Source of the DNA: an uncultured Erysipelotrichaceae bacterium
Lineage (GTDB): Bacteria; Bacillota_I; Bacilli_A; RF39; UBA660
Assembly: GCA_902766875.1 (NCBI GenBank)
Contig: CACXFI010000072.1
Location: forward strand, 1 to 34,828
Length of the DNA: 34,828 bases
Direction of reading: 5' to 3'
Shown piece by piece: positions 8,527 to 18,187 of the stretch. The position numbers and the translations under genes are program-made. Within the stretch, counting starts at the first letter, position 1. Each line of letters begins with the position of its first letter. The notes below the pieces were generated by a model. It worked only from the letters and a program-made list of their open reading frames with translations. It was not told the DNA's origin and did no database searches.

Positions 8527-10245
8527 TTACTTCTCCATTTCTATTTGCTTTTCTTGAAAAAACTCTTCCATAAAGAACATGCCAGCCATGATAAATATAA
8601 TAAGACTTCTATATGTAAACCAATAATGTATATATGAATGATTGCTTAAAATAAAGTACCAACATATTGGCATAATGGAAACTATTCCATAAGGAATTAT
8701 TGCCTTTATAGATTCTATTTGAAGTTTTTTTCTTCTTATAAACTTAATTATATAATATATAAATATTGTAGTAAATAACAAATAGTATGCTGGGCGATTA
8801 AAGACTTTAATATTCTTTTCAACTGCATCAAATCTAGTAAAGTTAGTTGCAATATCAGTTCTAACCAAAATTTGATTTAATGCATCTTTAATTAAGTTTT
8901 CATGAAATATTAGACTTGATATAACCCATTTTGAACTCCACATTACTCCATAACCTATTCCCCATATTAAACTGTAAAATATTATTTTCTTTACAATATT
9001 TATCCAATTTTTTTTATTCTTTTGTCTTTTATTATCTAGCATTATATAAAAGATTAGTAATGTTCCTAATGTTACTAATGGATATGTTAATAAATCAAAG
9101 AAACTAGTTGCCATTCCTATAATTAGAAAATAATATGGATACAAGTTTTTTTTATCAAATATATTTTTGTATTTTAGTATAATTAATATACTTATTAACA
9201 TGATATAAAATACTGCTGAAAATTGAAAAGATAATGATATAACAAATGGATTTATAAGCAGTACTGATAGAATAAATGGAATTATAAATTTTTCTCTTTC
9301 TCTAATTTCCATCCATTTACAAATTAGGAATATCAGAATTGAAATAGCAAATACATTCAAGATTCTTATTGCTCTGTAATCGAAGAAAATCATAAGTATC
9401 TTTGCTATAACTAGATTTCCATGCCAATATCTTTCGTAAGCAACTTTTTTTTCTTTATTTTCGCCTTTTATATTTGTAATTAAGCTTTGAACTGGGTTAT
9501 TTCCGTTGTAGTTACCATAAACACGTAATGATTTTTTGATAGCAGATTCATTTTCATTTTTATAATATAATTCATTTAAAATGATTGCATCAGTATAATT
9601 ATCTAATGTTGTAGAAGAATAATCGTCTAATAGAACTGGCCAATTTCCTTGCCCTTCAAAACAAGTAATTGAATTATCTATATTCTTTTGAACTCTATTA
9701 TTAGGTATTAAATATGTAATAATCATTAATAACCATCCTAAGAGAATTGTTACTAACATTATTCCTATTCCTATTAATAATTTTTTTATGAACAGATTGT
9801 TACTTTGTTTATCTTTATTCTTGTTAAAAACTAATAATTTGCTAAATATATAATTTAATATCGTTATTATTATTTGGGTAACCATAGTCCAAATTAATAC
9901 CCATGTGTTAGTATTTAAATTCATAAAAGTAATAAAAAACCACATAATTAAAGCTTCTATGATTAAAGTTATAACTCTTGAACTAAAAAAGTTTGTTATT
10001 TCTTTTATTATATTTTTATTTTTACTTTTAAATACAAAAATTCTGTTTGTTACATAGGCAAAAGTAACAGCGCATATCCAAGATATAATAATTGCTATTT
10101 GTAATTGTTTTGGATTTTTAGCATCAAATACAGTAAATAGTAATCCCCATTTTACTCCTACACTGACAATTGTAGTTAATATACCGACAATTAAATAATT
10201 AGCTATTTCTTCATATTTTTTATATAAGTCAATTATTTTTTTCAT
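8527..10245 (-). CDS. Fusion protein: N-terminal GtrA-like 4-TM domain (about aa 1-140) plus C-terminal ~430-aa polytopic domain (candidate GT-C-type extracytoplasmic glycosyltransferase)
   Basis: N-terminus IANYLIVGILTTIVSVGVKWGLLF...WICAVTFAYVTNRIFVFKS...FSSRVITLIIEALIMWFF...ILNYIFSKLLVF is the GtrA-family pattern. It is followed by about 10 more hydrophobic helices and a hydrophilic loop (WPVLLDDYSSTTLDNYTDAIILNE...YERYWHGN). AAGGAGA SD. Confidence 0.6.
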   Translation of the reverse strand: MKKIIDLYKKYEEIANYLIVGILTTIVSVGVKWGLLFTVFDAKNPKQLQIAIIISWICAVTFAYVTNRIFVFKSKNKNIIKEITNFFSSRVITLIIEALIMWFFITFMNLNTNTWVLIWTMVTQIIITILNYIFSKLLVFNKNKDKQSNNLFIKKLLIGIGIMLVTILLGWLLMIITYLIPNNRVQKNIDNSITCFEGQGNWPVLLDDYSSTTLDNYTDAIILNELYYKNENESAIKKSLRVYGNYNGNNPVQSLITNIKGENKEKKVAYERYWHGNLVIAKILMIFFDYRAIRILNVFAISILIFLICKWMEIREREKFIIPFILSVLLINPFVISLSFQFSAVFYIMLISILIILKYKNIFDKKNLYPYYFLIIGMATSFFDLLTYPLVTLGTLLIFYIMLDNKRQKNKKNWINIVKKIIFYSLIWGIGYGVMWSSKWVISSLIFHENLIKDALNQILVRTDIATNFTRFDAVEKNIKVFNRPAYYLLFTTIFIYYIIKFIRRKKLQIESIKAIIPYGIVSIMPICWYFILSNHSYIHYWFTYRSLIIFIMAGMFFMEEFFQEKQIEMEK

Positions 10246-10258
10246 GTGTTATCTCCTT

Positions 10259-12139
10259 TTAATTATTATTTTTTATTACTTTACTTAAAACAAACATAGA
10301 ATTTTTATAAATAATTTCATAATCTGACTCTCTTAAATTTTTCAGTTGTTTTGGATCATTATAAGTAATTAAATAATCATATTCTTTTTCTTTAACTTCA
10401 CCATTAAACCAATAATATTCCTGTTTTGTAATTACTTCTCTATAAAGTGTTCTAACCATAATATCTTTATACCAACTATAATCATGAGGATATCTAGCTA
10501 CAATTGTTATTAAATCTTTATTATATATTCTTGGTGCAAAATAAACTGAAAAAATTTTCGATGCTGGTGGTAATTCTTTTAATTGTTTTCCTAATTGCAT
10601 AGAATATATATCTTCTCTTAAAATATAATTATATTTAATGTTGTAATTATCTAATAATATTGTATCTTTGCAAAAATGATATCCGTAATTGATTATTAAA
10701 CAAATTAATAATATATAATAACATGGAACGAATAATTTTATTTTATATTTTATCAACTGATCATATATATTTAAGAAAAGTATTGTTACCACTAGGGGAT
10801 TTTTTGTTATATAAAATAATCTATAATACACGTAAGTAGAAGTAAAATTGTGTGATACAAAAGGTCTTACTAAAGGGTTAAAGAAAAATATAGATACAAT
10901 AGCTGTTACAAATAAAACTGATGGAATTTTTTGATTGATAATTTTCAAATAAATAACATAGCAAACAATAAATAAATTATATAAAATAGTAATTTTACTA
11001 ACTCTGTATGTTTCTAATGAATGAATATAGTTACCAGTAAAACTTAAAAGGCAAAAAATTATAGGTAAAATTATTATCAAATATTTTAAATATTTATTGA
11101 ATACTCTGTTTAGAATATTCTTATATTTTTTTAATAATATGTATATTAAAATTATTGGTATATTTATCCATAATATATTAAATAAAAATGATATATAAAT
11201 AAATGATGGAAATAATATAAAGTAATAATTTTCACAGCAAGCTTTATTATTAAATAGTTCATATGTAAAATAAGAAAATGAAATTATCATAAACAAAAAC
11301 AAAGTACTTGAAGCTAAAGATATAGCTGCAAAATTTACAATAAACAATAAATATTTATATTTATTATCATTTAAATAATTATTAAATAATATCATAAAAA
11401 GTGGTACATATATTTGAAATAACATGAAGGACCCCCAGTATATATGACACCATTCTAGGACTGCTATTAAGAAAAAAGATAAAATTTGAACAATAGCAAT
11501 TAATATTAATGGTTTATTCTTTAGATATTTATTTTTTAAATAAACAAATATTTGAGATGAAAATATTATAGATAATAATGACATTGTTGTTCTAAATGAA
11601 ATAAAAATATTATTAATATTATTATTGAAAAGAGTATTCTGAACTCTATAAAAGAAACTCATTAATAGATAATAACCTTGATATAAATAAACATTATCAA
11701 TATTACCAACTATTCCAGTACGAGGGTCAATACTATTAATTTTATCTATACTTGAATTATCTATAAAAAGACTCATGTAAAATATATCATCGCCCGCTTC
11801 CATTCCAGGAATTATTTTAATTATAAAGAATACAATTATAAATATTAACCAAAATTCGTATCTTTTTATAAAATCAAAATCAAGTATTTTGATATTTTTA
11901 ATCCCCATAATTAATCCAATTAACAGAACGATAAAAGTCCATATATTTACAAATATAGAGCTCAATTGAAAATATTGCATTGGATAATATCCAATTTGTA
12001 ATATCATTAACATAATACAAAAACCCAATATATTTTTTAAATTGTTTATTTTAAATTTATCTTTTATTAGAGATGAGAATCCAATACTTCCAATATACAA
12101 AATTATTACATATAATAGAAACATAAACATATGCATCAC
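10259..12139 (-). CDS. Large polytopic membrane protein (626 aa, about 14 TM helices plus ~130-aa C-terminal soluble domain); candidate polymerase or GT-C-like transferase, family not recognised
   Basis: Uninterrupted ORF in operon context. Acidic loop GMEAGDDIFYM follows the fourth helix. Start is ambiguous (GTG 12139, ATG 12136 or ATG 12130, the last with an AGGTG SD). Confidence 0.5.
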   Translation of the reverse strand: MMHMFMFLLYVIILYIGSIGFSSLIKDKFKINNLKNILGFCIMLMILQIGYYPMQYFQLSSIFVNIWTFIVLLIGLIMGIKNIKILDFDFIKRYEFWLIFIIVFFIIKIIPGMEAGDDIFYMSLFIDNSSIDKINSIDPRTGIVGNIDNVYLYQGYYLLMSFFYRVQNTLFNNNINNIFISFRTTMSLLSIIFSSQIFVYLKNKYLKNKPLILIAIVQILSFFLIAVLEWCHIYWGSFMLFQIYVPLFMILFNNYLNDNKYKYLLFIVNFAAISLASSTLFLFMIISFSYFTYELFNNKACCENYYFILFPSFIYISFLFNILWINIPIILIYILLKKYKNILNRVFNKYLKYLIIILPIIFCLLSFTGNYIHSLETYRVSKITILYNLFIVCYVIYLKIINQKIPSVLFVTAIVSIFFFNPLVRPFVSHNFTSTYVYYRLFYITKNPLVVTILFLNIYDQLIKYKIKLFVPCYYILLICLIINYGYHFCKDTILLDNYNIKYNYILREDIYSMQLGKQLKELPPASKIFSVYFAPRIYNKDLITIVARYPHDYSWYKDIMVRTLYREVITKQEYYWFNGEVKEKEYDYLITYNDPKQLKNLRESDYEIIYKNSMFVLSKVIKNNN

Positions 12140-13087
12140 CTACTTACTAAAAATAAAATTTATTAATTTATAATAATTTTTATGTAAACAAAATAAATAT
12201 AATCTTTTTGTTATTTTACAATTTTTTATATATTTATTGCGATACCAATTTGGATATTTTTCTTCAACTTCATTTTTAATTTTATAAAATGTATCTTTTT
12301 TATTTGATATATTAGATTTTACTATTTTTATTAATAAATCAACTAATATTCCATTAATAAATAAAAATTCAATTTCCTGTTGATAATTATTATCTATGAA
12401 ATCCTTTTCAATCATTTTATAAGCTTTTAATAAATCATAATTTGTTATATTTATAACATTAGTAGTTCCTTCTTTATTATCCCGATAATAATATAAAGGT
12501 TCATTTATTTTAATAATTTTATTTGCTTTTAATAATACTTTTGATATGAAGACAACATCCTCATAAAACATATTTTCGGGGTAATTAATATTTGTTAATA
12601 TTTCTCTATTAAAAATTTTATTACATGAATGAAAATCCATTAATAATGGCTTATTGATATTATTTTTTAGATATGTACCAGCTTCGCCTTTATTTAAATA
12701 AGATATTGAATTATCTCTATGAACTCTATAAAAATCACAAATGACAATATCTGCATCATTCTCAATAATAGTTGTATACATTTTTTCAATAAAATTGTCA
12801 CTTACATAATCATCACTATCAACAAACATTAAGTATTTACCTGTAGATTTTTTGATTCCTAAATTTCTGCTATCACCTGGTCCAGTATTCTTTTTATCAA
12901 TAAGAATTATTCTTTCTTTATATTTTTTTAAAATATTTAGGCTATTATCAGTTGAACCATCATTAATAACTATAATTTCATATTTACAATCAGTTTTTTG
13001 ATTCAACAAGCTATTTATGCATTTTTCAATATATTTTTCATTATTATAAACAGGTATTATGACAGCTACATCCAAAATAATCACCAC
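12140..13087 (-). CDS. Family 2 glycosyltransferase (GT-A)
   Basis: VAVIIPVYNNEKYIEKCINSLLNQ...IIVINDGSTDNS...GPGDSRNLGI...MFVDSDDY. Start uncertain: GTG at 13087, or TTG at 13075 which has a GGTGA SD. Confidence 0.85.
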   Translation of the reverse strand: MVIILDVAVIIPVYNNEKYIEKCINSLLNQKTDCKYEIIVINDGSTDNSLNILKKYKERIILIDKKNTGPGDSRNLGIKKSTGKYLMFVDSDDYVSDNFIEKMYTTIIENDADIVICDFYRVHRDNSISYLNKGEAGTYLKNNINKPLLMDFHSCNKIFNREILTNINYPENMFYEDVVFISKVLLKANKIIKINEPLYYYRDNKEGTTNVINITNYDLLKAYKMIEKDFIDNNYQQEIEFLFINGILVDLLIKIVKSNISNKKDTFYKIKNEVEEKYPNWYRNKYIKNCKITKRLYLFCLHKNYYKLINFIFSK

Positions 13088-13095
13088 GATTCAAT

Positions 13096-13866
13096 TTATT
13101 CATTAATTCTTTTAAATTCATTCTTTCCTTCATCAAATATTGATATAAAATCCAGTAATCCAAAATTTTCTTTATATTGAGAGTATTTAGTAATAATAAA
13201 ATATAAAAGGAATAAAAGATAAAATTTACTATATAGTTTATACATTAAAGCTCCTTTTGATTTTATCATTTCATGATTCCATATTTCACCGGTAGTATTT
13301 TCATCCGGGTGACAATTAATTACTATAGGAATATGAATTATTTTTAATTTATTATCTAAGGCTGTTTTTAAAAATATATTTTCTTCACCACTAATAAAAG
13401 TTGATCCAATCCCAAAATTTTCATCAAACCAAATATTTTTCCCTAAAATACTATTTCTTTTAAAAGTTATTTGACAAGAACATACAGATAAAATAGCTAA
13501 ACTATTATATGTAAATTTTTTCTTACTTCCTAAAATATCATTCCCTTTTTGCATATTAAAAATTATAATATCAGCATCGTTTTCTTCATAAGCTTTAGAT
13601 ACTATCTCTTCATAATTTTCAACAAAGGAAATATCATCATCGGATATTATTACTATGTCAGCAGTAGAGTTTTCAATAAGTCTATTTCTAGATTTGGCTA
13701 TGCCATGTTCATTATAGGAGAACATGGCATAATTACCTTTTTTTTCCTCACTATATTTGGGCATAAATTGATTTACAATAACTGCATTTTTAATATTCTT
13801 TTTCTTTAAATCTAAATCTTGTATTTTTTTTATATTGCAACATGAAATTAAAACTTGAACATCCAT
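13096..13866 (-). CDS. Putative GT-A fold glycosyltransferase with a C-terminal hydrophobic helix
   Basis: VLISCCN...VIVNQ...GIAKSRNRLIENSTADIVIISDDDISF (DxD-like DDD)...SGEENIFL. The pattern resembles small GT2-like enzymes of Gram-positive cell-wall polysaccharide loci. Confidence 0.55.
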   Translation of the reverse strand: MDVQVLISCCNIKKIQDLDLKKKNIKNAVIVNQFMPKYSEEKKGNYAMFSYNEHGIAKSRNRLIENSTADIVIISDDDISFVENYEEIVSKAYEENDADIIIFNMQKGNDILGSKKKFTYNSLAILSVCSCQITFKRNSILGKNIWFDENFGIGSTFISGEENIFLKTALDNKLKIIHIPIVINCHPDENTTGEIWNHEMIKSKGALMYKLYSKFYLLFLLYFIITKYSQYKENFGLLDFISIFDEGKNEFKRINE

Positions 13867-13868
13867 AA

Positions 13869-15683
13869 TTATCTATCCAACCTTTTAAAACATTTATTAA
13901 TTATTTTATTAGTAAATAAAATTTTTATAAATGGAGAAAATATTCTAAAACAAAACTTATGACAAACTATACAGTATGCTAATGAAAACGCACGAGATTT
14001 TTTTAAATATTTATTATTTTTATCTATAGTCTTTATGTATTTTAGATATTTATCATAGGCACTTTTTTTATCATTTTTTTTATCTAATAAAGTAATTCTA
14101 AGCATTCTATATATACAATGTGTAATAAAAATATAATTTATTTCTTCTTTGTATTTATCAAACTTTTTTTCCTCTATAAAAACTTTTTTAATTTCTACTT
14201 GTGTATCTATTAAACTAATTAAGTTTTTATAACTACAAGTTGCTGATAATCCATAATTACTTGATAAATAATGATACACTACTTTATTGATATAAGTAAT
14301 TTTAGTACTTCTAACCATAGATAATAAAGTAATATGTCCGTCTTCAAAAATGTTAGTAAAAAGAAATGAATTATCAGTAATTAAATTGCGCTTAAAGATT
14401 TTATTCCAGATTGCTGGTTTTATTAATAATATATCTTTATGTTTTTGTAAATTATCATTATAATTTTGAAATATACCTTTCATATACTTTCTATTATTAT
14501 CAAAATGTTCTATATAATCACCAATTACTATATCACTATCATTTTTACTTATTTCACAAGCAAAATGATACAATGTGTCATCTTCTAAATAATCATCTGA
14601 ATCACAAAAATAAATATATTCTCCCTTTGATAATTCAAATCCTTTTTTTCTAGCATAATTAGGGCCTTGTTTTTTTTCAAATTCTATTCTAAATCTTTTA
14701 TCATCACCAATTAATTTCTTTAAATACTTTTCTGTATTATCTATTGAATTATTGTTTACAAAAATAACCTCAAAATTTTTATATGTTTGTTCTTTTAGTG
14801 TTTTAACTAATAAATCCATTTTGTTTTCTGAATTATATACAGGAACAATGACACTAAAAAGAATATTATCTATTTTTGGTAATTCAAAAACATTATTTCT
14901 TTTTTTATCATCAAAATTAGATATTATTTTTTTTATGTTATGTTTTTCCATGAAAACATGAGTGTAATTTCTTGTACGATAGTTTTTATATTTAAAATTT
15001 TGAATTGGGCAGTGTCTAACAGATAGTTTATTAGTAAAACCAACTTTTACATTTTTCTTTTTTGCTTCATAGAAAAAAGCTGTATGTTCTTGTAGTTTTA
15101 GATCGTTATCCCAAAGATTATTTAATATTACTTTTGTTTTAGCTATAAAAAAATTATTAACGATTTCTACTTTTTCATATTCTGGGAAATCATGAATTCT
15201 ATAATTTATAGTTAATATATTATTTTCTTCTTTAAAATTCCCAATATAATTAGTTGGCAATTCATAGCGAAGTAATTTTTGTACAACCTTAATTATTCTA
15301 TCTTTAGGAGAATTTATAATTTTATAATTTCTCATATACCCACCAATAATGTCTAATTCTTTTTCTTTTAAAATATTTAAAGCTGTTTCTAAATCAGTTT
15401 TATTATCAAAAATAAAATCATCATCACATAGACAAAAATATTCTGTTTTTACTTTTTTAACTAAATAATTTCTACCAAATGATAATCCACAATCATGTGG
15501 TAATTCATATACTTCTATATTAGCGTTAGGAAAATCTTTTTCGATTTGTTTTTTGCAACTTTTTAGACTATCATCACCAACTAATATTGGAATATTATTA
15601 TATTTTTTTATAATAGATTTTAATAGAGGCTTTAAACATATGTACCTGTCAAGAGTTTTTATTACGATTGTCAAATCATCCAT
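13869..15683 (-). CDS. Two-domain glycosyltransferase: N-terminal B4GALNT-like GT-A domain plus C-terminal GT2 domain
   Basis: N-domain: TIVIKTLDRYICLKPLLKSIIKKY..IPILVGDDS...GLSFGRNYLV...LCDDDFIF...LDIIGG...NNFFIAKT. C-domain: FSVIVPVYNSENKM...EVIFVNNNSIDNT...GPNYARKKG...YFCDSDDY. Its start overlaps the upstream stop (ATGGATGA). Confidence 0.75.
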   Translation of the reverse strand: MDDLTIVIKTLDRYICLKPLLKSIIKKYNNIPILVGDDSLKSCKKQIEKDFPNANIEVYELPHDCGLSFGRNYLVKKVKTEYFCLCDDDFIFDNKTDLETALNILKEKELDIIGGYMRNYKIINSPKDRIIKVVQKLLRYELPTNYIGNFKEENNILTINYRIHDFPEYEKVEIVNNFFIAKTKVILNNLWDNDLKLQEHTAFFYEAKKKNVKVGFTNKLSVRHCPIQNFKYKNYRTRNYTHVFMEKHNIKKIISNFDDKKRNNVFELPKIDNILFSVIVPVYNSENKMDLLVKTLKEQTYKNFEVIFVNNNSIDNTEKYLKKLIGDDKRFRIEFEKKQGPNYARKKGFELSKGEYIYFCDSDDYLEDDTLYHFACEISKNDSDIVIGDYIEHFDNNRKYMKGIFQNYNDNLQKHKDILLIKPAIWNKIFKRNLITDNSFLFTNIFEDGHITLLSMVRSTKITYINKVVYHYLSSNYGLSATCSYKNLISLIDTQVEIKKVFIEEKKFDKYKEEINYIFITHCIYRMLRITLLDKKNDKKSAYDKYLKYIKTIDKNNKYLKKSRAFSLAYCIVCHKFCFRIFSPFIKILFTNKIINKCFKRLDR

Positions 15684-17838
15684 TTATATCATTCCTTTCA
15701 ATCACAATGATATCATTTTTGTCATATATGATTTTATATGAATCCATTATTTGTTTATAACTATCTTCTTTGCTTTTACTTAGTACTATATATTTTATAT
15801 TATAACTTTCTAATTCTTTATTAATATCACATATATCATAGTTTATTTTATCATAATATTTTTTGTTAATATCATCTTTTATATTATCAAAGGTTGCAAT
15901 TCCATTACTTTCAAAGAAAATATTAATTAACATTTTATCATTTATTATTTTAGGATTAAAATAATATGATTTATATTCTTTACTATTAATAGTTTTATAT
16001 TTATTATTTGGATTTGAATCAATCATACTTAAATTTAGAACATCTAGAGTATATAAGACAATTGGTTTATTTTTAGTGTTATTTTTAGAAACTATATTAT
16101 TGACTTCTTCGTTAGCTTTAACTAAATTATTAGGCACTTTATATAATAAATTAGTATTATTGAAATCAGGCCACTTTAATAATTGAATATAGGAAATAAC
16201 AGAAATGCATAATAATACTATATAAGGAATATATGCATATTTCAATACAGTATTTATAATTTGATTCTTTAAAGATTGAACAAATTCAAATAAGTATTTG
16301 ATGCCTATAATTGCAAAATAAGTATTAAAATACAAATAAATTCTTCCATTTAAATCTAAAGTTAATGTTGCCAATCCTTTTGATACAAGTGGATTAAAAA
16401 ATAATATTAGATAAACAATAAAAGCAATATAGTTAATATCTTTTCTATGTTTTATAAATCCATAGATTAGTAAGAATAATAAGCCTCCATACATAAAAAT
16501 TGAATGTGTAATGCTAATCATAAAAGTATTAAGTAAACTGGTAGGATTCTTATAAATATAGGTCATAGCAGTACCAAATTTACTATAATCAATTTCAAAA
16601 TCTAAAGAATTGACTTTTATAATATCGGGAATACAAAATGAAGAATTGACAGTTGCCATTTTATCTGGTACTGTTCCTTGTTTAAAAAACATATATGTAT
16701 AATTATTAATACCTTTTAATTTTGGTGTTAAGATGAATAGAGTCAAAATCAAAAATAATAATAATCTACCAAATTGTTTTAAAATTTTATTAAAAAACTT
16801 TAAAGTTAACAAATATTTAATTAATAAGATTATAATGAACGCTAAAATATAAATATATATATTTCTAGTACTTTCTGTGATATAAATAATTCCTAAAATA
16901 TAAGTTGGAATAGATAATTTAAAAATAATATCAAAATTGTCTGTTTCTTTTTTTAAACAACTAGCTATAAACCATACACATAAACATGTTGCAGAAGTAT
17001 ATAAAATAGCAGAAGAGCAAGAAGCTGCAGCAATAAATAATATATAATATATTTTAATATTATTATTTTCATTGCCTTTTTTATTATAGCAATTTGATAT
17101 AAAACTTAGCATATATATTGGTATTAATAAATTGACCATATATAGAGCATTAAATGGTGCTCTAAAGAAATGCGTAAATATTGTTAAAACAAATATACTA
17201 ATAATGTTATTAATATAATCTTTTTTTGAAATTCTAACAATTCCTAAAGCAGTTATTGATATGAAATAATAAACCATATATGTAAATGGCCATATTAATA
17301 CTAAATAAGCTGGTTTAATTGCAAACAAATTTGCAAAGAAGCTAGCTTGGTAATAATACAGAATATATTTATAAAAATTCTGTAAATCTCCTATTCCATT
17401 ATAAGGATTTATCATTGATAAATGAGAAGCATTGCTAGCACTATTTGTTAAAATGTTATAAAAATATGAATCATACATATCTGCATGCCCAAAATCAACA
17501 AATAATAAAAATAATAAAGTAAAAATCAAGCCAAAAAGTAACGATAATATTTCTCTTTTAGAAAACTTAAATATTTTTATTTTGTTTTTTATAACATAAA
17601 TAATGGCAATTAAAGATATTAGTAAATATAAAAAACCAAATATCATCATAAATTTAGTAGAAAGTTTTAAAAAAGCAGGTATGAAAATTGATATAGAAAA
17701 TATAGCTATATTAGAAATATAGCCTAATCCTAATGAAGTTTCATAAGTAATATTATATTTTTTATTTATAATTAATCCAAAGCATTTTGAGAGAATAAGT
17801 AATAGTAAAAGTATTAATACTAATTTAATAATAATCAT
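15676..17838 (-). CDS. Large polytopic membrane protein (720 aa, about 15 TM helices plus ~170-aa C-terminal soluble domain); candidate GacL/WpsH-like GT-C transferase
   Basis: Lies immediately downstream of the GT2 and DUF2304 pair. Acidic loop FVDFGHADMYDSYFY follows the early helices. AAGGAA SD. Family assignment rests on context only. Confidence 0.5.
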   Translation of the reverse strand: MIIIKLVLILLLLLILSKCFGLIINKKYNITYETSLGLGYISNIAIFSISIFIPAFLKLSTKFMMIFGFLYLLISLIAIIYVIKNKIKIFKFSKREILSLLFGLIFTLLFLLFVDFGHADMYDSYFYNILTNSASNASHLSMINPYNGIGDLQNFYKYILYYYQASFFANLFAIKPAYLVLIWPFTYMVYYFISITALGIVRISKKDYINNIISIFVLTIFTHFFRAPFNALYMVNLLIPIYMLSFISNCYNKKGNENNNIKIYYILFIAAASCSSAILYTSATCLCVWFIASCLKKETDNFDIIFKLSIPTYILGIIYITESTRNIYIYILAFIIILLIKYLLTLKFFNKILKQFGRLLLFLILTLFILTPKLKGINNYTYMFFKQGTVPDKMATVNSSFCIPDIIKVNSLDFEIDYSKFGTAMTYIYKNPTSLLNTFMISITHSIFMYGGLLFLLIYGFIKHRKDINYIAFIVYLILFFNPLVSKGLATLTLDLNGRIYLYFNTYFAIIGIKYLFEFVQSLKNQIINTVLKYAYIPYIVLLCISVISYIQLLKWPDFNNTNLLYKVPNNLVKANEEVNNIVSKNNTKNKPIVLYTLDVLNLSMIDSNPNNKYKTINSKEYKSYYFNPKIINDKMLINIFFESNGIATFDNIKDDINKKYYDKINYDICDINKELESYNIKYIVLSKSKEDSYKQIMDSYKIIYDKNDIIVIERNDING

Positions 17839-17844
17839 GTGATA

Positions 17845-18180
17845 TTATTCCTTTGGTTTCTCTTTATTATTAATACTTAATTTTTGGACTAAATTTTTAT
17901 TTTTCTCTTTTAGCTCTGATATTTTTATATTTTGGAAAAAAACCATTAGGTATATACAAAATACAAATGAAGTTAAAATAAAATTACTGGTTGATTCAAA
18001 GCCAAAAAAATTGGATAAAACTTTAGGTAATTTAGGGAATAAACTTAAAATAAGTAATACTATTGACCAAACAATCCATAAAAGAGAGTCATCAATATTC
18101 AGCTTATGTTTTTTTATTCTCCCAATTACATACATAAAAGTGAATAAACTTGCAATAATAAAAACAATTTGTAATTTCAT
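17845..18180 (-). CDS. DUF2304-family small membrane protein (GacJ/WpsB-like activator of the adjacent GT2)
   Basis: 111 aa with three or four helices. RIKKHKLNIDDSLLWIVWSIVLLILSLFPKLPKVLSNFFGFESTSNFILTSF, then a C-terminal amphipathic ISELKEKNKNLVQKLS, matches the DUF2304 layout. It starts 7 nt after the GT2 stop. Confidence 0.7.
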   Translation of the reverse strand: MKLQIVFIIASLFTFMYVIGRIKKHKLNIDDSLLWIVWSIVLLILSLFPKLPKVLSNFFGFESTSNFILTSFVFCIYLMVFFQNIKISELKEKNKNLVQKLSINNKEKPKE

Positions 18181-18187
18181 AATAAAC

